NCBI GenBank assembly: GCA_046563655.1
Contig: CM102286.1
Location: 13,826,001 to 13,890,000, forward strand
Reading direction: 5' to 3'
Length of the DNA stretch: 64,000 bases
Source: Yuukianura sp. NJ FZ-2021
Lineage: Eukaryota
Numbering within the stretch: the stretch's first letter is position 1; every line of letters begins with the position of its first letter. A program made the position numbers and the translations under genes. The notes below the pieces were generated by a model that did no database searches, had not been told where the DNA came from, and worked only from the letters and a program-made list of their open reading frames with translations. Positions 39,501 to 54,500 of the stretch are shown here, in pieces.

Positions 39501-42500
39501 TAGAAAAGTAGGCCCCATGTTGCATTTTTGAACAACAACGGGTGTCTCTTGTCGTTCTCTTTTAAAAAATGCGGTGTTCTGACACGACGGAAGTTATGTT
39601 ACGTGCTATTTGGCTTATGAAAAATTCATGTCAGTGACACAATGTTGTATGACACAAAAAGTGTCGCTTTTTGAACAATTTTTCTGGAAGGACAATTATT
39701 TGTGCTTGTGAAGTTGACCTTTAAGGGTGGATCCTTTGGAAAAGTCACGCAGAATGTCTCCATGTTTTATGGAGATAGGGATGATTGATGACAAAGTCAA
39801 TACGCACAAAAAAGCACGTGATTGCGTAATTTGTGCACGAAAATGTTCGGTTGAATGAAATTTTCGGTTTTGTAATTTTTTGAATGAAAATGTCACTGAC
39901 ATTTACGCCCATTTTTGCCGGTCGTCGTATTAGACACATTGCGTTACAAAGATTATTGACAGTAGTATTTCCTAAAAAAAAATTTGAAAGCTAGTTTTTA
40001 CATTTCTGTGAAACTTTTTTTGAGGAGAATGCCTTTATGCTTTTATATTTTTTTTGATATATTATTAATAATATATTAATTCTTGCTTTACGATGACGGG
40101 GTTTCAGTGTTTGCGTAATTAGTCAACGGGTTAATAATGATTATTGGCTTTCAACAGACCAAGCCGCTGCCTGAAAAGTGTTTCTTTTTTCTTAAATTAC
40201 ATAATCTATATTAATTTTGGGTTTGACACGACACCGTTTTCTATAGAGACCTTCGAGTTTGAAAATTAGGTAATCAATTATTAACGTGGGGTTACACAGC
40301 ACATCCAACGAATCTATCCAGTAAAGTGGACTTACTTCAGTTTTGTGTACATTCGAAATGGAATTACAATTTTAATATCTCTTTCTCTGGCTCCACTCCA
40401 GGGAATAAATTTTGAAAAATTTTCTCGTCTTGGTGTTTTCTTTGTATCCCTTAAATCTTTCCATGTCATGTTCCATGCCTTGCAAAACTTGTTTTTCGAT
40501 AGCCAGATAATTTTAGATGTTAAAAAAGTTAGAATTATTCAAAGTTCAAAAGGAAATTACAAGTTGAAGAAACACGTAGATTTTGGTCATGTGCAATACT
40601 TTTGACAGTTTTCCGATTATGTAGGTGCACACCAATAATTTTATAACAAAGTTTTTCTAGATTGAAACTTTTGAATTTCGCGTGCAGTTTTCATTTAAAA
40701 ATTGCACAACCTCTCTAATACTGTTCAAAAAAAAATTTTTTTAATAGACAAGCATATTTTGATTGGCAGCTTAAAAAAGCACGGAATGTAAAAAAAGAAC
40801 GGTGTATAAAAACTTACACGGTATTCAAAAAAGTGTGTACGCATAAATTATGTTTTTATTAATTTTATATTATTTAACATAAATCAACATTTAATTCTGC
40901 GCATTCTTCATGTTGCTCAACAAGCTATTTTACCAATAATCAAATAATTATTGACTATTTGCAATTTTTTTTCCAATTAAGTACAATTATGTCTACAAAA
41001 ATTTATTTTTTTGAGAATTGTTGCATGTAAAGTAAAATATTTCTCCCTTGAGCGACAGCCCGCACAACAGAAGGCCAAAATTTTTCTTTGAAATTTTCTT
41101 TACTTCAAGTGGTTGATGAAAACTGTTGTAACTTTTAGGCTGTAAAGTAACACACTGCAGGGGGAATGAGGAAGATTCCTTTTCATCATGTAATTATTGA
41201 TTGAGTACATGACAATAATATCCTGCTAGTCGTCATGCGCAGTTGAATCTTCTGCGCACAACTCTTCTGCGCAGACGCCTCCGTTTCTACAAGTATGTCG
41301 ATTGAATTTCAATTTTTCAATGTTCCTCTTTTTTTTGCAAAGTCACTTCCCATGTAAAGTACTACAAATGTCAATTTTCACAACGGTAATTTGTTGAAAG
41401 GAAAAGAAGAAGATGAGCACATCTCTTCTTCAAAAGGAAATGAATCGACTGTGCAAAAATTGGCGCGTTGCGGTTTTTTTTGTTGCAGGATTTTTTTTAA
41501 TCTTTCATGTTTCCTTTGTTGTGAAACGCACTGTACATTTTTACACACATGAAGGTTAGATGATGAAGAAAAGAGGTTTAGTAAAATATGATTGATGATG
41601 AGAATGCATACCAGAGTAAATTGACTTGTTTGTAATTTTCATTGTTGGAAAAATTTGAGAGGATGTGCGAACCACCCTTAACATTTTTTTTTGAATGTGT
41701 AAACCCCGCTTAACTTTTTTGTATGTACGTTAACTACCATTAACTTTTTTGTGCGTTCGAATCACGCTTAACTTTTTTTGAATGTGTGAACCACCCTTAA
41801 CTTTTTTGAGTGTATGAACCAACCGTAACTTTTTTGAGTGTGTGAACCAATCTTAACATCTTAACTTCTTTGTCAGTATATTAATCTTACTAAAATCTTT
41901 AATCTTTTCATAAGCAGTTGAATGAGTTACCGCAGATGACAGTCGCACGCATGCCCATATGCAAAATCTATACTAACGTAAAAGCTTAGCCTTTGTAAGT
42001 CCGTAAGAGTTCTTATACATGACAGCCTTCATAATTTTTACAATGAAGGAAATCAGTTATGTTTCTCTAGAAATCCTAGATTCAAGTTTTATAAAGTCCA
42101 CTTTTGGAATTTTCAGCGAAGCAAAGTAAGAGCCCGGCAAAATTTGAATTTTGGGCGACTGACATTTGAAAAATTGGTGCAAAATGTACAGCCCTTAATA
42201 TTGCACTTAAGGACGCGTGACAGGAGAAAGGATTTGTCATTGTGTAGAAAAGAATTTGTAGTAAACCTTTTTAAAAGTTTATTTTTTAAAACAATATCAT
42301 GTGTGTCAACGCGAGCACTTTTTCAAATTTAGGTTCCTTAGATAACAAGTGACGGAGTTTTTGATAAAAAGTGTCTTAAGTTAACGTTTGCTGAGTGAGT
42401 TGAAGTTTTTTAACAAAAGTAAAAGAAAAGCTAAAAGCTTTTTAGTTAAAACTCCATTTTTCCTAGTTTCAAAATTTAAATTTTGGAGCGGAAAGGAAAT

Positions 42501-45500
42501 TCCCGAGCTTTTGAAAACCCAGTACTATGTATAGTACCCGCATATCACGAACGCAACATAACTTTGTGTGCTGCTACGCTAAGTTTTGAATGTGCTGAGC
42601 ATTTTGAATTATGATAAATGTGACGACGACAGGAAGGAAAGGGTGAAGATGAAATATTGTTTTTTCAAGAAAAGAAAAGTTCCCGCTGTCCTGAAAACTA
42701 AAAAAACGCGCGAAAAAAAGTGTGCTATGATTTTTTTAAATACAGACAGAAACGATCCTTCACAATTGAAATTCATAAGAGCATGTTAAGGTGGGGTTGT
42801 TCTGGAATAAAAGTGTCTCTGCGTCTGTCAACACTCTTCATTCATCTTATAAAGTATAGTTACTCCCTCCAGATTCTTGAAGCCCTTCAAGGGTACCAAG
42901 TATCCCTTAGCTTGTTCCCTTATAAGGATTCCAGAACATGTTTTTACCTTGTGAAGATTCTAAGGGGGGGGGGACTTCAAATGTTAAGGGTGGGTTGTCC
43001 TTTTTTGTCTATGTTCAGAAACTTAATAGTTTCAAGTTATGTTGTTGGTTGAGTGCACTTTTTCTGTTTTTAAATCTCGAGCCCTTGAAGGGCCTCGAAA
43101 ATTCAAATCTTGATATCTCCAGGTCCTTAAGGACTTAAAAAACATACTACACTTCTTTTTTCAAATGAAGTGTTAAAACTCAAGGGTCAAAGTCAAGTGA
43201 CAGGAGACTTGCTAAGTGTCCACCCACTTAAGGGGACACTCTTTTAGTGTGTAAGGCACTTGATGATTTCCTGACTTGACATAAGGCACCTCCTCATTAA
43301 GTCCCCCCACCTTGTATCTTCCCATGATCAGAATTTCAAAAAATCAAAAAAGCTGTTTTTAAAACTCGTTTTTTTGTACTTTCAACCTGTTGAGTACATT
43401 TTACAAGGCCCCTTTTCTCCCTTGTCAGTTTTTCTAAGCAATTAAGTCTGTAATTACGGTTTGCCGGTTGCGTGTTACGTCATCCCTAAGTTGAAAAGGG
43501 GGCGGGGTAAGCTTTTTTGACAAGCCAGAGAAGCTTTTATGAACATTAAAAGTTTTTTTGTTGAAAGAGGTGACAGTTTTAGGTCTGACAGGTCGACGCG
43601 TCCTTAAACTTTCTTAAGGGCCTGAGAATATTGTTTCTATTTTTAGGTTTTAGGCTTGACTTAACTTTGTTTATCCTTAACATTTAAAGTAAAGTGGAGT
43701 CCATCCAAAGTTTTGAACGGATGGTGATGAGCAGGACAGGTTCATAAAATATGCATCAAAAGAATTTGAGTGTTGTACAAGTTTTTGAAAAAAGGCGAGG
43801 CTGAAAAACATGTTGAAAAACATACAGAGTTAAGATTAAGGGAAAAGTGTGCGTGTGTGCGTATAGAGTGGATTTTTTTCGTTATGAAAGTCCCAACGGA
43901 TTTCCACTTGAAGATTTAAGGATCAGAGGGAATGATGGAAACAGGATTTGGAGGGAAAAGACAAAAAATTTAAAAAAGGCTACGCACAAGATGAACTCCC
44001 CTCCGTATTTTATTTGACAAGAACATGGAACTCGAGGAAAAAAGAAAAAAGAGAGAAAATTTTACTCTTTTTCCGCTTAAATATGGGCATTCAGCATACA
44101 GTTTTTTCGTTTTTTGAAAAATCCCACGCACTCATCATTCAAAATTTTGGTGACACTGATTAGTTTCCCCTGCTGGACGAAAAAGAGTTGTACGAGTCAG
44201 CGGGGGGATGCTAGAAATCCATACTTTTTCTCTTTTGTATTTTTTGAAAAAGTGTGCGTTTTTTTCTTTTTTGCTCAAATGTCAACAATTTTTTAATTCA
44301 ATTTTATGGAAATTTTTCAACTTGCACGAGTGTGGGCCTAATGTACTGGCAATTGTAAAATTGTGTTATCAATCACGTCATAAAAGTGGATGGTGCAAGT
44401 ACTATCTAAATTTTGTGTGGTACACAAATATAGTCAAAAATATTTTCGCACTCCGCAATGCGTAAAAAAAATTAAGAAGGGCGAAAAAATGATAAATAGA
44501 AAGCAGTAAAAAATCCTTATTTTGAAACTGCATAGCTGAAAAGATTTGTTTAAAAATTTGAAGCAAAATTCCAAAACGTGCGTTTGTCCTTGTGTCAAAA
44601 TGTTTTAAAACGGCGACGTTTAGAGCAGAATTGAGCCACTTTCGGATGAGTTAAAGTGTGGAAGTGTCTAAACGCGGGAATTTGAGTACGTTTTCGTGGG
44701 AGATTCAAAAAGCATAAATGCCACCGGTATTTTCGCCCTTGTTTACGACATCTCCCTTTTTATGTCCTATTCTTATACTATGCCACCGATGTAGCCAAAC
44801 AATAATAAGGAAACTACACAAGAGACAGAATCCACAAATCATAAGAAAATGATGAGACTTGAGAGTCAACATGACTTTGATGATGATCATCATTTCAGAA
44901 ATCAGTGTCCAAAGGTGGGCATCGTCCATTGTTGGAGCAAAAGGAGGGGAAATTTGAAATAGCTTCTTCCCTTCTGGGTCCTTAATAGCTATCATTCTCT
45001 CAGACCAAAACCTTTTATTATGACGGACGATCCATCCCTCTCATTTTCAAAAGTTCCCACTTTTTCTCCATAACGTCTATTTCTCCCGCGCTTTCGGCGC
45101 GACTCCTGGAACCTACTTTTTTTTCTAACTGCCATAGTTTATTGTTCACATATTTTGTTGACATAATGTTTGTCTTCTTTTAAAGGAGGTGCACCGTATT
45201 CCGAACCCCCCTGTTCCATTTTTCCTGAATAACTACGTTATTACTATGCTATTTTCTTAGTATTTTGGTTACGTTATTATTATTTTTTCCATCTTCCACT
45301 TGTTTTTTGAGTGTTGAGGATTAGGGGGACCCTTCAAGTCTGTCTCTTATGTTTAAGGGCCCCCTGCACTTTCCACTGAGTCAATACACAAAAGTACTTG
45401 AAAATGGTAAAAATGCTTTTGTATCATTTACCTTAGTAAACCAACTTCTTCTGGAACCACTTCAATCGTATCCCCCTCCTTAAGAATAAGTTTAACAGAC

Positions 45501-48500
45501 GAAAAGTTCTGGAAGAAGTTGTTTCTTCAAGTGCTAAACACTTCGGTCTTTTCATGCAGCGCTGAAGACGCTTACTTTCTATTTCCAGCGTCACCATAAC
45601 GCTTTTGTACTTTTAGTTTGAGAGTTGAAGGGGGCTTGAAAATTTTGAAAACAACGGCGGCTAAAACTTTTTGGATAATTGGCACCGGAAATTAAGAAGT
45701 CAGAATTTTAGGGTCAAGATTTTGGAAATTTGAATTCAAACAATCAAAAAAGGAACAATTGAGGCCGATGGAATTTTAATAAACCTAAAAATGGAAATAT
45801 CTTAAAAGATTTTTCAAAGATGAAAGTTTTTTTTTGTAAGAGGCAAATGTTTTTGAAGGATGAAAGTTTTTTTTTATAAGATGAAAAGATTTTTTAGATT
45901 ATGTTGTTCAGTTTTCGGAAATTTTGGAATCATGACAAGTTTTAAACGGCTTCGTAAATATTTTAGACTGGAGCAAGTTTTTGCTAGAGTGAAACTTGTG
46001 CAGCTTGTAAAGTTTACATATTTCGAAGGGAATTTGTAAGTTTGAATTTTTTAAAAGTTCCGCTCGCCGAAAAGAAAAAGTTTCGTGCGTGCTGGACCAA
46101 CCTAGACTAATGGCCAACATGGATTTTTTTTCTTGTCTGGTGTATGTGCGTGGCAGTGTTTGTGGATGGTCAAAGGAAACAGGGAAAATGTCATGACCTC
46201 CAAAATGGTCACGATCTTTTGCTTTTCGATTTCATGAAGAAACGGGCTTGTGAGAAGATGAAGTTTGAAGATGATGAAGATGAATCCAAAGATTGGAAGG
46301 AGAAGATGCGGAGTTGTTTGCTATGTAACTCACTTTAATAAGCTAATAAGCACTGTCCATTTTCATACCATTTACACATCTAATATCCCATTTTCCAGTC
46401 TTAACTTTTCAAAGATGAAAAAACTTGTTCAAATTTTATCACGTTCAAACACAAACTTCAAATCTTCCGTACATAATCTTTAGAACAAACCTAAAACTCA
46501 CATTTCTAAACTATCCAGCTCACAATACTGATGTGTTTTGCTGATTTTTCTGAAACGTTATCCAGGAGAAATCAAAAGTCAATTTTGTCTTTTTGGCAGG
46601 GAATTTACTACATAGTTGAATTTTCGCTGGTTGAAACAAAAACTTTTAATTTCTAAACAAAAAGCGTGTTGGTATTGCTTCTGCCGGATAAAATGGCAAT
46701 ATAGTGTTTCAGCCGGACGAAATTACTTTTTTTTGTTTCAGCCGCATGAAATGAAAATTTTGTGTTTATGTCGGCTGAAGTGGAAATTTTGAATTTCAGC
46801 CGGCAGAAATGAATATTTTGCTTCAGCTGCACGAAATGGAAATTTTGTGTTTCAGCCGGCAGAAATGAAAATTTTGTTTCAGCCGGCAGAAACTAGGTCA
46901 CTGGTGATAATGACTTGTTTGTTCATTATAAAAGGCAGAAACCGCAGGGACTGATTAGAATGAAAGTTAGGTTATTTGAACAGACGAAACCACAATGTCC
47001 AGCCACCACGCCACCAAGTCACCTTGTTTCTGCCGTATTAAATTTCTCCAAATGTTTTCTCCAAAGTGGTTTTCCGAGTTGAATTTAACCATTTTCCACT
47101 GAAACGATTTTAGAAACAAGCGATCCTTGGAACCCCAAAAGTTCCAAACTTTCCAAAGAGGAAACAAAAGCCAAATGTTTTTGGAAGTTTTTGGGTTTTG
47201 TGGTTTTGTCTGACATGTTGGCATCTTCCCAAATTTAAATCATGGGCTCAGAGAGGGGGTCAAAGGTCACCAGCACAGGATAATGAGCTACAATGTGAAG
47301 TTGAAACTCCAGGGGAATGAAGTCTTACCTTTTGGATACATTCTTGGAATGAATCCAAAGTAACTTCATAGTGTATCCATTACAATAGGAATCAAAAGTG
47401 ATCTTTTCCAGGAACATTTTTGGTTTTCAAAAGAACATTTTTGACAAAAGATTTTGAAAAAAGAAGAGAAAAGGGCGGGAATAATGCGTTTTTTGTTCAC
47501 CTGAACAACGATGAAATTTGAAAGTGAGAATGTGATGATGGTTCAGCGTTAAAAGGTTTTTTATTTCTTTCAATCTCTGAGAACATTGATTTCTCAGTTC
47601 ATCTAAATCGTGATCACACTAGGGATGATGACACGGTACAATTCAAAAACTATCATCACACCAAAATATGTTATTATATTTATTACATAATACATGTTAC
47701 ATAATACATTATAAAAAATGTTACACAAGTTACAGAAACCTTAACAGATCATTTTTAGATCTTTAGAATCTTGATCCGGTGTATCTCCCATCATCTTCGC
47801 GGTCAAATTTTGACTTTTTTGGTTATGCGTCGATGCGGTAAAATTTAAAAAAAAAAAAAAAGAAATTTCCGTTCATGTCAAAAAACACAATGGGAAAAAG
47901 TCATTGATGGGTAGAGAAAAGAACTTTTCAATAAAACCGCATATCGGTAATCATCGTCGTCGGTTACACCAAGACAAAAAGCGTTTTTCCTTTGTCAAAA
48001 ATCCACCTTAACGTTTTTTCAATTTTTTTCTGAAAGATGAGGCTAATTTTCTGAGAAATTTATCGAAAACGAAGCGTTTTTCCATCCATGGGAAAAGTTC
48101 ATGTGAACTTGTCTTGGTTTCAAGTGCTTTTTTTTTCTAAGATTTTAACCTGAGGTTTCTTACTGCTCTCACTCGGTGAGAAAGTCACGTTAGAAAATCT
48201 TTTTCTAAAAAGGGATTTTTCAAAAAAAGAAGTTCCAATTCACTTAAATTTGTTGGCTGGCGGGAAGTCGGAGTTAATTTAGCAATGGATTTCTGTCATT
48301 GGCAGTTTAAGAGGAGACTTTTCTTAGAAATAGAAAGTAAAGAGGCCCTTTGGCTCTTTTCCAATGTTGCTGGTACGCTTAGGAAAAATTGGCAACACCA
48401 ACACAGTCTATGCTGAGACTTCTTGTGCCGTTGGCACTTTTTTTTTTGGCCCGCGATTTTTTAAAATGCACTCCACTTGCATTTGAGCTTGGCTTTTTCA

Positions 48501-51500
48501 AACAAACAGAATTGGACGTGACAAAGAGAAAGTCCATGACGCGTGAATTGGGGTTTTATTGCCACTTTCTTCCACCAAAGTTGACATAAAAGTTCAACCA
48601 CCATTTTCCCGCTTTTTTATTCAACTTTTTTAAAAAAGACTAAAACACTGGAAGTTTACATTTGAATTTTCATTTTCATTTTTTTAAACTAAGAACCTCG
48701 ACTACCAACAATTTCTTATGAAAAGTTTTTTGTTGCATCACAGGTTGAGGTCATCATAAAGTTTAACTGCCACTACACGATTAGCAATTAAGTTTGAAAG
48801 ACCAAAGGTGGTAATTACATGCGCAGTGAATCTTTCCGCTCCTTCTGCGCACCTTTTTGTCTTTCCTAATTCAAAAAGCAAACTTTGAGTGGGAAATTTT
48901 GATTCTAAGAAGGTAGTACCTTAAGGTAGCTCTGTAAAGTGCACTTTGCTTCTTCGTACCCAGTGATTATCCCTTAAGTGCTCCCCACTTCCTCTTCCAT
49001 TCCCATCTTCATTGGAAAATAACTTTTTCTAAACCTTTTTTAAATGATGGTCATTTTTTCTAAAAACTGATTCCAGATTTTGATATTTGGAATGTTAAGT
49101 AAGGTTGACCTGCCTTATTCTAAAAAAAGTAAATTGGTAATAACACGGGGGTTGGAAGGGGACTTAATCAGGGGGTTTGAGCCTAGTGATCATCCCTTCA
49201 CACTTGAAGAAAGACAGTTATTAAAAGTAAAAGTCCATAAATAAGGGAGGGACCCTTGGAAATCATGTGAAGGTGTGAGAAGGGGTACTTGGATTGTTCC
49301 TAAGACGATATGTCTCCCTGGTGGCTAACCTTTGCCATGAAGAATGGCTTTTCTTAAGACCAAAACTTTTTTTGTGGAAGTAGAGACACGTACGTCGTAC
49401 TACGTTTTCTTTCAGTGTGGCTCCGAATAGTAATCAAAGACTCAGAAAAAACAGGAACGAAGGGAGTCATACAACAGAGAAACTAACGAAATATTTAGAA
49501 TTTTAAAAATCTCGAAAACCCCAGAAATGTCCTAATGAGCCCATCTTTAAATACTAGTTCCAACGCTACGCTGGAAAAGGTTTAATTTATAGCTTTTTTT
49601 TGATGTTCAAAGTTCAAGGCCTGCAGTGATATCTAACTTATCCTAACAAAGTTGCTTATCCCGTGCTCAACTTAACATAAAGTTAACCTAAACGTCAGCC
49701 GAACATTCCGCAAAACATGTCATACCAAAAACACTTTTAGTGCTGGAGGGTTTCACAATTTCTGAAAAATTTTAAAACAATTCCGGAATTTCGGATTTCG
49801 TTTTTGCGAAATTCAAATTTTTGAATTTGTGTTGACCCGTGCGTGAAAATATATTCAAAAATGCGTTTCTTTTTCTGTTTGCAGTTTCCATTTTCTTGAA
49901 AGCAGCAAAGATAAATATACGTTTCGATTTCGATTTTGAAAAAGAAAAGTTTTGTGGAAAGTCGTAACTTTTATTCAGAAAAATTGTTGTTTCTGTTTCA
50001 CCTAAGAAAGTGAAATGCACAACACCTCCAGAAAAGTAAAAAAGTTGTCTAGTGTTGTTGGCCATGTCGTCCAAAATTATGAGAAACGTCTTTTTACGCA
50101 CTTTGGCACATTTTACTTTTAAATTTCCCTCCACTACTTTTTGAAAGTGCAAAGGGAAAGAAGTCGTTGACTTTTTCTTTCTTATGTTTGGCTAGTAACT
50201 CAGCAGAACGGGAAAGGAGAAGGTGAAGAACAAAAGGAAATGTGAAAAATTGAAATAGGTTTTTGTTTAACACTTTTCAAATATTTGCGCCCTCAGAAGA
50301 TGACTGAGTCTAACATAAGAACTAGGAATAGGAATTGACTCATTCCGACTTCAAATGTGGAGTCATTGTCCTCCTTCAACGTTTACAGACGCACAAATAC
50401 AAGAAAGCTAAGTTTAACTTATCAACCTAACCTTAAAAAATTAAAGTTAACGTTAAACATCCATTAGCGCCAATTTGCAACTTAAATTTCTAAACGCATG
50501 AATATTTAACACTCTACCGGGATTTTTATAAGCGTCTCTCACTAAAAAAAACAAAATTTTAGCACCTTGTGACTCAGAAAATCACAGTTTCTACTTTAAA
50601 TTTCTCGATTTTGAAATTTTTTGTTGAAAACTGAAATTTCTGCTTATCCACGTGTATTTTTTATGAAGTTGAAGAAGATGTCACACATCACAGGCGCAGT
50701 ACTTGAAAGTGTCATTTGATTCTGGCCTTAACTGATGTGTTTGCGATTAGCGTAATTTGTGAACAGGATTTAATTGCTTTTGCGCACAGTTTGCTCCGTG
50801 ACGACTGTTTTCGATAAGTCTTGACACTCCAATGTACAAAATGCTTTCAAAGTTACTCAAAGATGTTTTCCCGCAACTTGTTTTTCAAAATGGGCTCCAT
50901 AAACAAAATTGAAAAAGTCACATTTCCCGGGTAAATGGACTTTTTTCTACGTTCAAAATGCACTTGCGCATGTGCCTACCACCCATGTGTATTGCATCTT
51001 CAAATTTGAAATGCTTTTTTGTGTTTCTTTTGTTGTTTATAACTCTTTTCCATTGTCTTTTCGTAAGTGGTGATCATATATCACTGCCCTTAAAACCCGT
51101 CATCATCCTCTTCCTATCACCTTCGTTTTAACACTCTGCTCACACACCTAGAGAAACAACCTAACCTTAAAACCTAATCTAAACCTAACCTAAAACCTAG
51201 CTTTTAGCTTAGCCTAACCAGAAAACAACATCGTATACAACATAAAGAGGAAGACAGTTTTTAAGCGACAAGACTTGCATTCCTAAAAACACACCTTGGA
51301 AAAACTGTTGCTCTTAAATGGGCAACTCAAAGAGACAACTCACAAGTCATTAGAAATTGAACCGCCATTTCCAAACTGTAAACCTGTTTTTTCTGTACTT
51401 TACGATGCACTTTGCCTTCACTTTGACTTTTTCCAAAAAAAAAAGTTATGGCTTTTGTAACCAAACTTTACAAAAAGTTAAGTAAATAGATGTAAAGTCG

Positions 51501-54500
51501 TGAAAATATTGACAATTTTGAGAAATACTAACAAAAATCTCGGAGAAAACAGTCAAAATCATACGAAATTTCCAACGAGAAGCAGATAATAACTTTGAGA
51601 ATTTTGAAATATGAGACTCCAAATATTACAAATATTTAAATGACGAAAAATTTCGACAGTAAAAATGTTCAAAATGCTAAAGTGAAAACATGAGTTTTAG
51701 TTGTAGGTTTTGAGTTAAACTCGAATTTAGTTTTTTCAACTTGTATTTTTGTATTCGAAGTTTTAAAAATGAGAAAAAAGTAGTTTAAGGGAAAAGTAAT
51801 TTAACAATTTGTTTCTAATTTGTTTACATGTTCATTCTCCTTTTTAAAAATCAAGTTAGGTGTTCTTTGATCTCCCTTTTGCCTTGTCTAATTAGTTTCC
51901 TACTTTTGTGAACCAGTTTAAATTTCCACTTTACTAAAGTTACTACTTTTTCAAAGTGAAACAAACCCCGGCTCAATTTCTCCAAAAGTCAAAAACCTCG
52001 TTAACTTCAAGTTTCAAAAGTTTTGTTGGATTTTCAAAAGTCATAAAATTACCTTTTGGTTGATTCATTTCCAACTAAAGTTTCAATTATCAGGTCGTTT
52101 TCACTTGAAATTTTGCAATTCAACGCAGTACTTAAAATCTACGGTGAATTTAATTACCCATTTCAGTTTCCTCACAAATGTGGTTTTTGTTTGAGTTCAA
52201 ATTTTGAAAATTTTTACTTTTTTGGACAAAAGTACAAACTTTTTTTGAGAGTTCAAAGACACTTGGAAAATGTTGAGGTTGATTAAACATGTTTTGTTGT
52301 GCATGTAAGAGTGAGTTAAAGTGAGTAGCCAGTTTTTGACATAATAAATGGGATTCTCCTGACCAAAATTTTTAATTGACCCTTGTTCTGTCACGCCATT
52401 TAAAATTAAAAGAAATATATCAATTCCTTTTACTTTTAAAAAAAACTCTGTACAGTTGCACTTTCCTAAGCGTCAAGATTCAAATCACAGCAAGACGCAT
52501 ACTCTTGTTTGGAATTTTCTGAAATCGCTGCAAGCGACTGCAAAACTTAGCTCGAATTGGAAGTGGCAGCATAACAATAGGCAATAACAGAAAATTGACA
52601 TGTGATCAATCACTATCTTCTTCTTTTGCTCGTAGGCGTTTTTTTAACAATTACGAAAAATTCAAAAAAAAGTTTTCCAGATACGGTTGTGTCAAATTGA
52701 ACAAAATGTTTTGTTTTTGTGGTCTGTCTTGTTATGGAATTCGATCGTTAAAACTTGAGCATCAAAATTTGAAAATGATACAGTTTCAAATTTTGGCGGT
52801 TTGAGCGTGGGCTTTAAGAGTGATTTTGCTCGCTCCCTAATAAGTTAACATTGTCACCCATTGTTTTACGATCTCACCCCAATTCAGTTCCCACCCCCTG
52901 TTAGTAGATCTTGTTAGAGTTGAAGTTTAAAGTTAAGTTGAAAAATAAAACTGACTTTCCTTGCATTTCTATTCATGACGATCGTAAAGCTTCTCTTCTG
53001 TTGGTTGGCACAAAGTTAGTAAAAATTCGCTTTTCAGTTTCACCACAATTCGGCTTTTTAGTTTTTGAACAAAGTTTTTGAACAGAACAAGAACGGCAGT
53101 TGAGTTACTAGGAGGAAAGTGAAAGTTAGGCAGAAAGTGCTCAGACATGCTTTCTCCAATTTATGGAAACGAAAACTTTTTTTGAACTTTTTTTGAAAAA
53201 TAGGAACAAGGAAAACGCTCTCTGAAGACAGTTTGCAGATGGAAGGCTTCTTTTTCTCCATTTCTTTTCCACTTTTTTATTGTTCCGTTTTGTTATACAG
53301 CTTTGTTCAAATTTTAAAAAAATTGTGTAAAAGAAAACTATATAGGGTTAATGGCCAAGCCTCCAAGTTTTACATTTTTCCATTTTTGTAACAATTGTGA
53401 GTCATGGTGTACATTTTTCTGAAAAGAAAAATGAGTCAAGGAAGTTAATTGTAGAAACCAGATTTTTTGACATAACAAGAAAGTTTTTGCAAAAAAGATT
53501 TCTTCTTTTTTGCAAAAACTTTTTTTATGAAATAGGAAATATTAAGTTATAAATCAAATTATTCAAGTTTTCATTTTTCCTGTTTCGCACAGTAGGGTTT
53601 TATTCCAAGTACTGGTGCCCAACTCGGGTTTAAAAAATTATATGTGCCCAACTCTGCATGAAGCTTGAAATTTTAATACCGAAATTTCCAAGTAAATTTA
53701 TTTTGTATTAATGAACTCTGGAAGGACAAAAGTTGAAAAAAACACGAAAGGAATTAGTAAATTACTTTGATTATCCATCCATCTTACCACCGTGTGCGCT
53801 CAGCGTCAGCATTTTAGCAATTCTATACACCATTTTACCAAAAATCAACTTTTTTGAAAGTAAAGTTTTTTGAAAAACCGGTTTTTGTGTTGTTGATGTT
53901 AGAAAAAGCAGAGTTACATGAGGCATGAGGTTACGAAAGTTATTGTAATAGCAAAATCCTAATTCCTGATATTCCTGATTTTCCTGAAAGGAGAAAAGAA
54001 AGATTTATGAATGGAGTAAATGCTTTGGAACAGCAAATTATTGACTATCGCTGCTTAATCATATACTACGCTCTGCCTTTTTTGAAATGCTCAATTTCCA
54101 GTCTAAAAATTTTCAAATTTTGAAATAAATCATGCTCAAGAATGCGCAAATTATGAAAAAGAAACGCAAATTAAATGGACAGCTTGACCTTTCCCAAGGA
54201 GAAAAGAATTTTCTCAGCGAAACGTGAAAAAATTGACAAAAGAGGGAGAAAAAAACTTCAAAAACTAAACTAAGTTTAAAAAGTTCTCATAAATTTGAGA
54301 AACAAAAAGTAGGGTTTCTGTGTTCTTCAAAAATTTTAAACAGGAAGTGTCTTTTTTATGTTTTTGAAAATTGAAAAACGAAACTTGGAGTCAATTAGAA
54401 ACCGTAATTGGTTTCTTATGGAGTTTCATAGTTGGGCAGGGTGATTTTAATTGTCTTTTTCTTTGTGCAATGCCCATGTCTGTTGAGCAATGGTTTCCAA

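Noticed and set aside
41663..41857. Regularly spaced ~29-bp repeats resembling a CRISPR array (also 46681-46892)
   Set aside because: Units are contiguous and diverged along their whole length, with no unique spacers and no cas genes, in a spliced eukaryotic locus; these are minisatellites.
51158..51219. Telomere or interstitial telomeric array (TTAGG)n
   Set aside because: Tracts are short and degenerate, with at most 2-3 perfect units; kept only as a low-complexity repeat.
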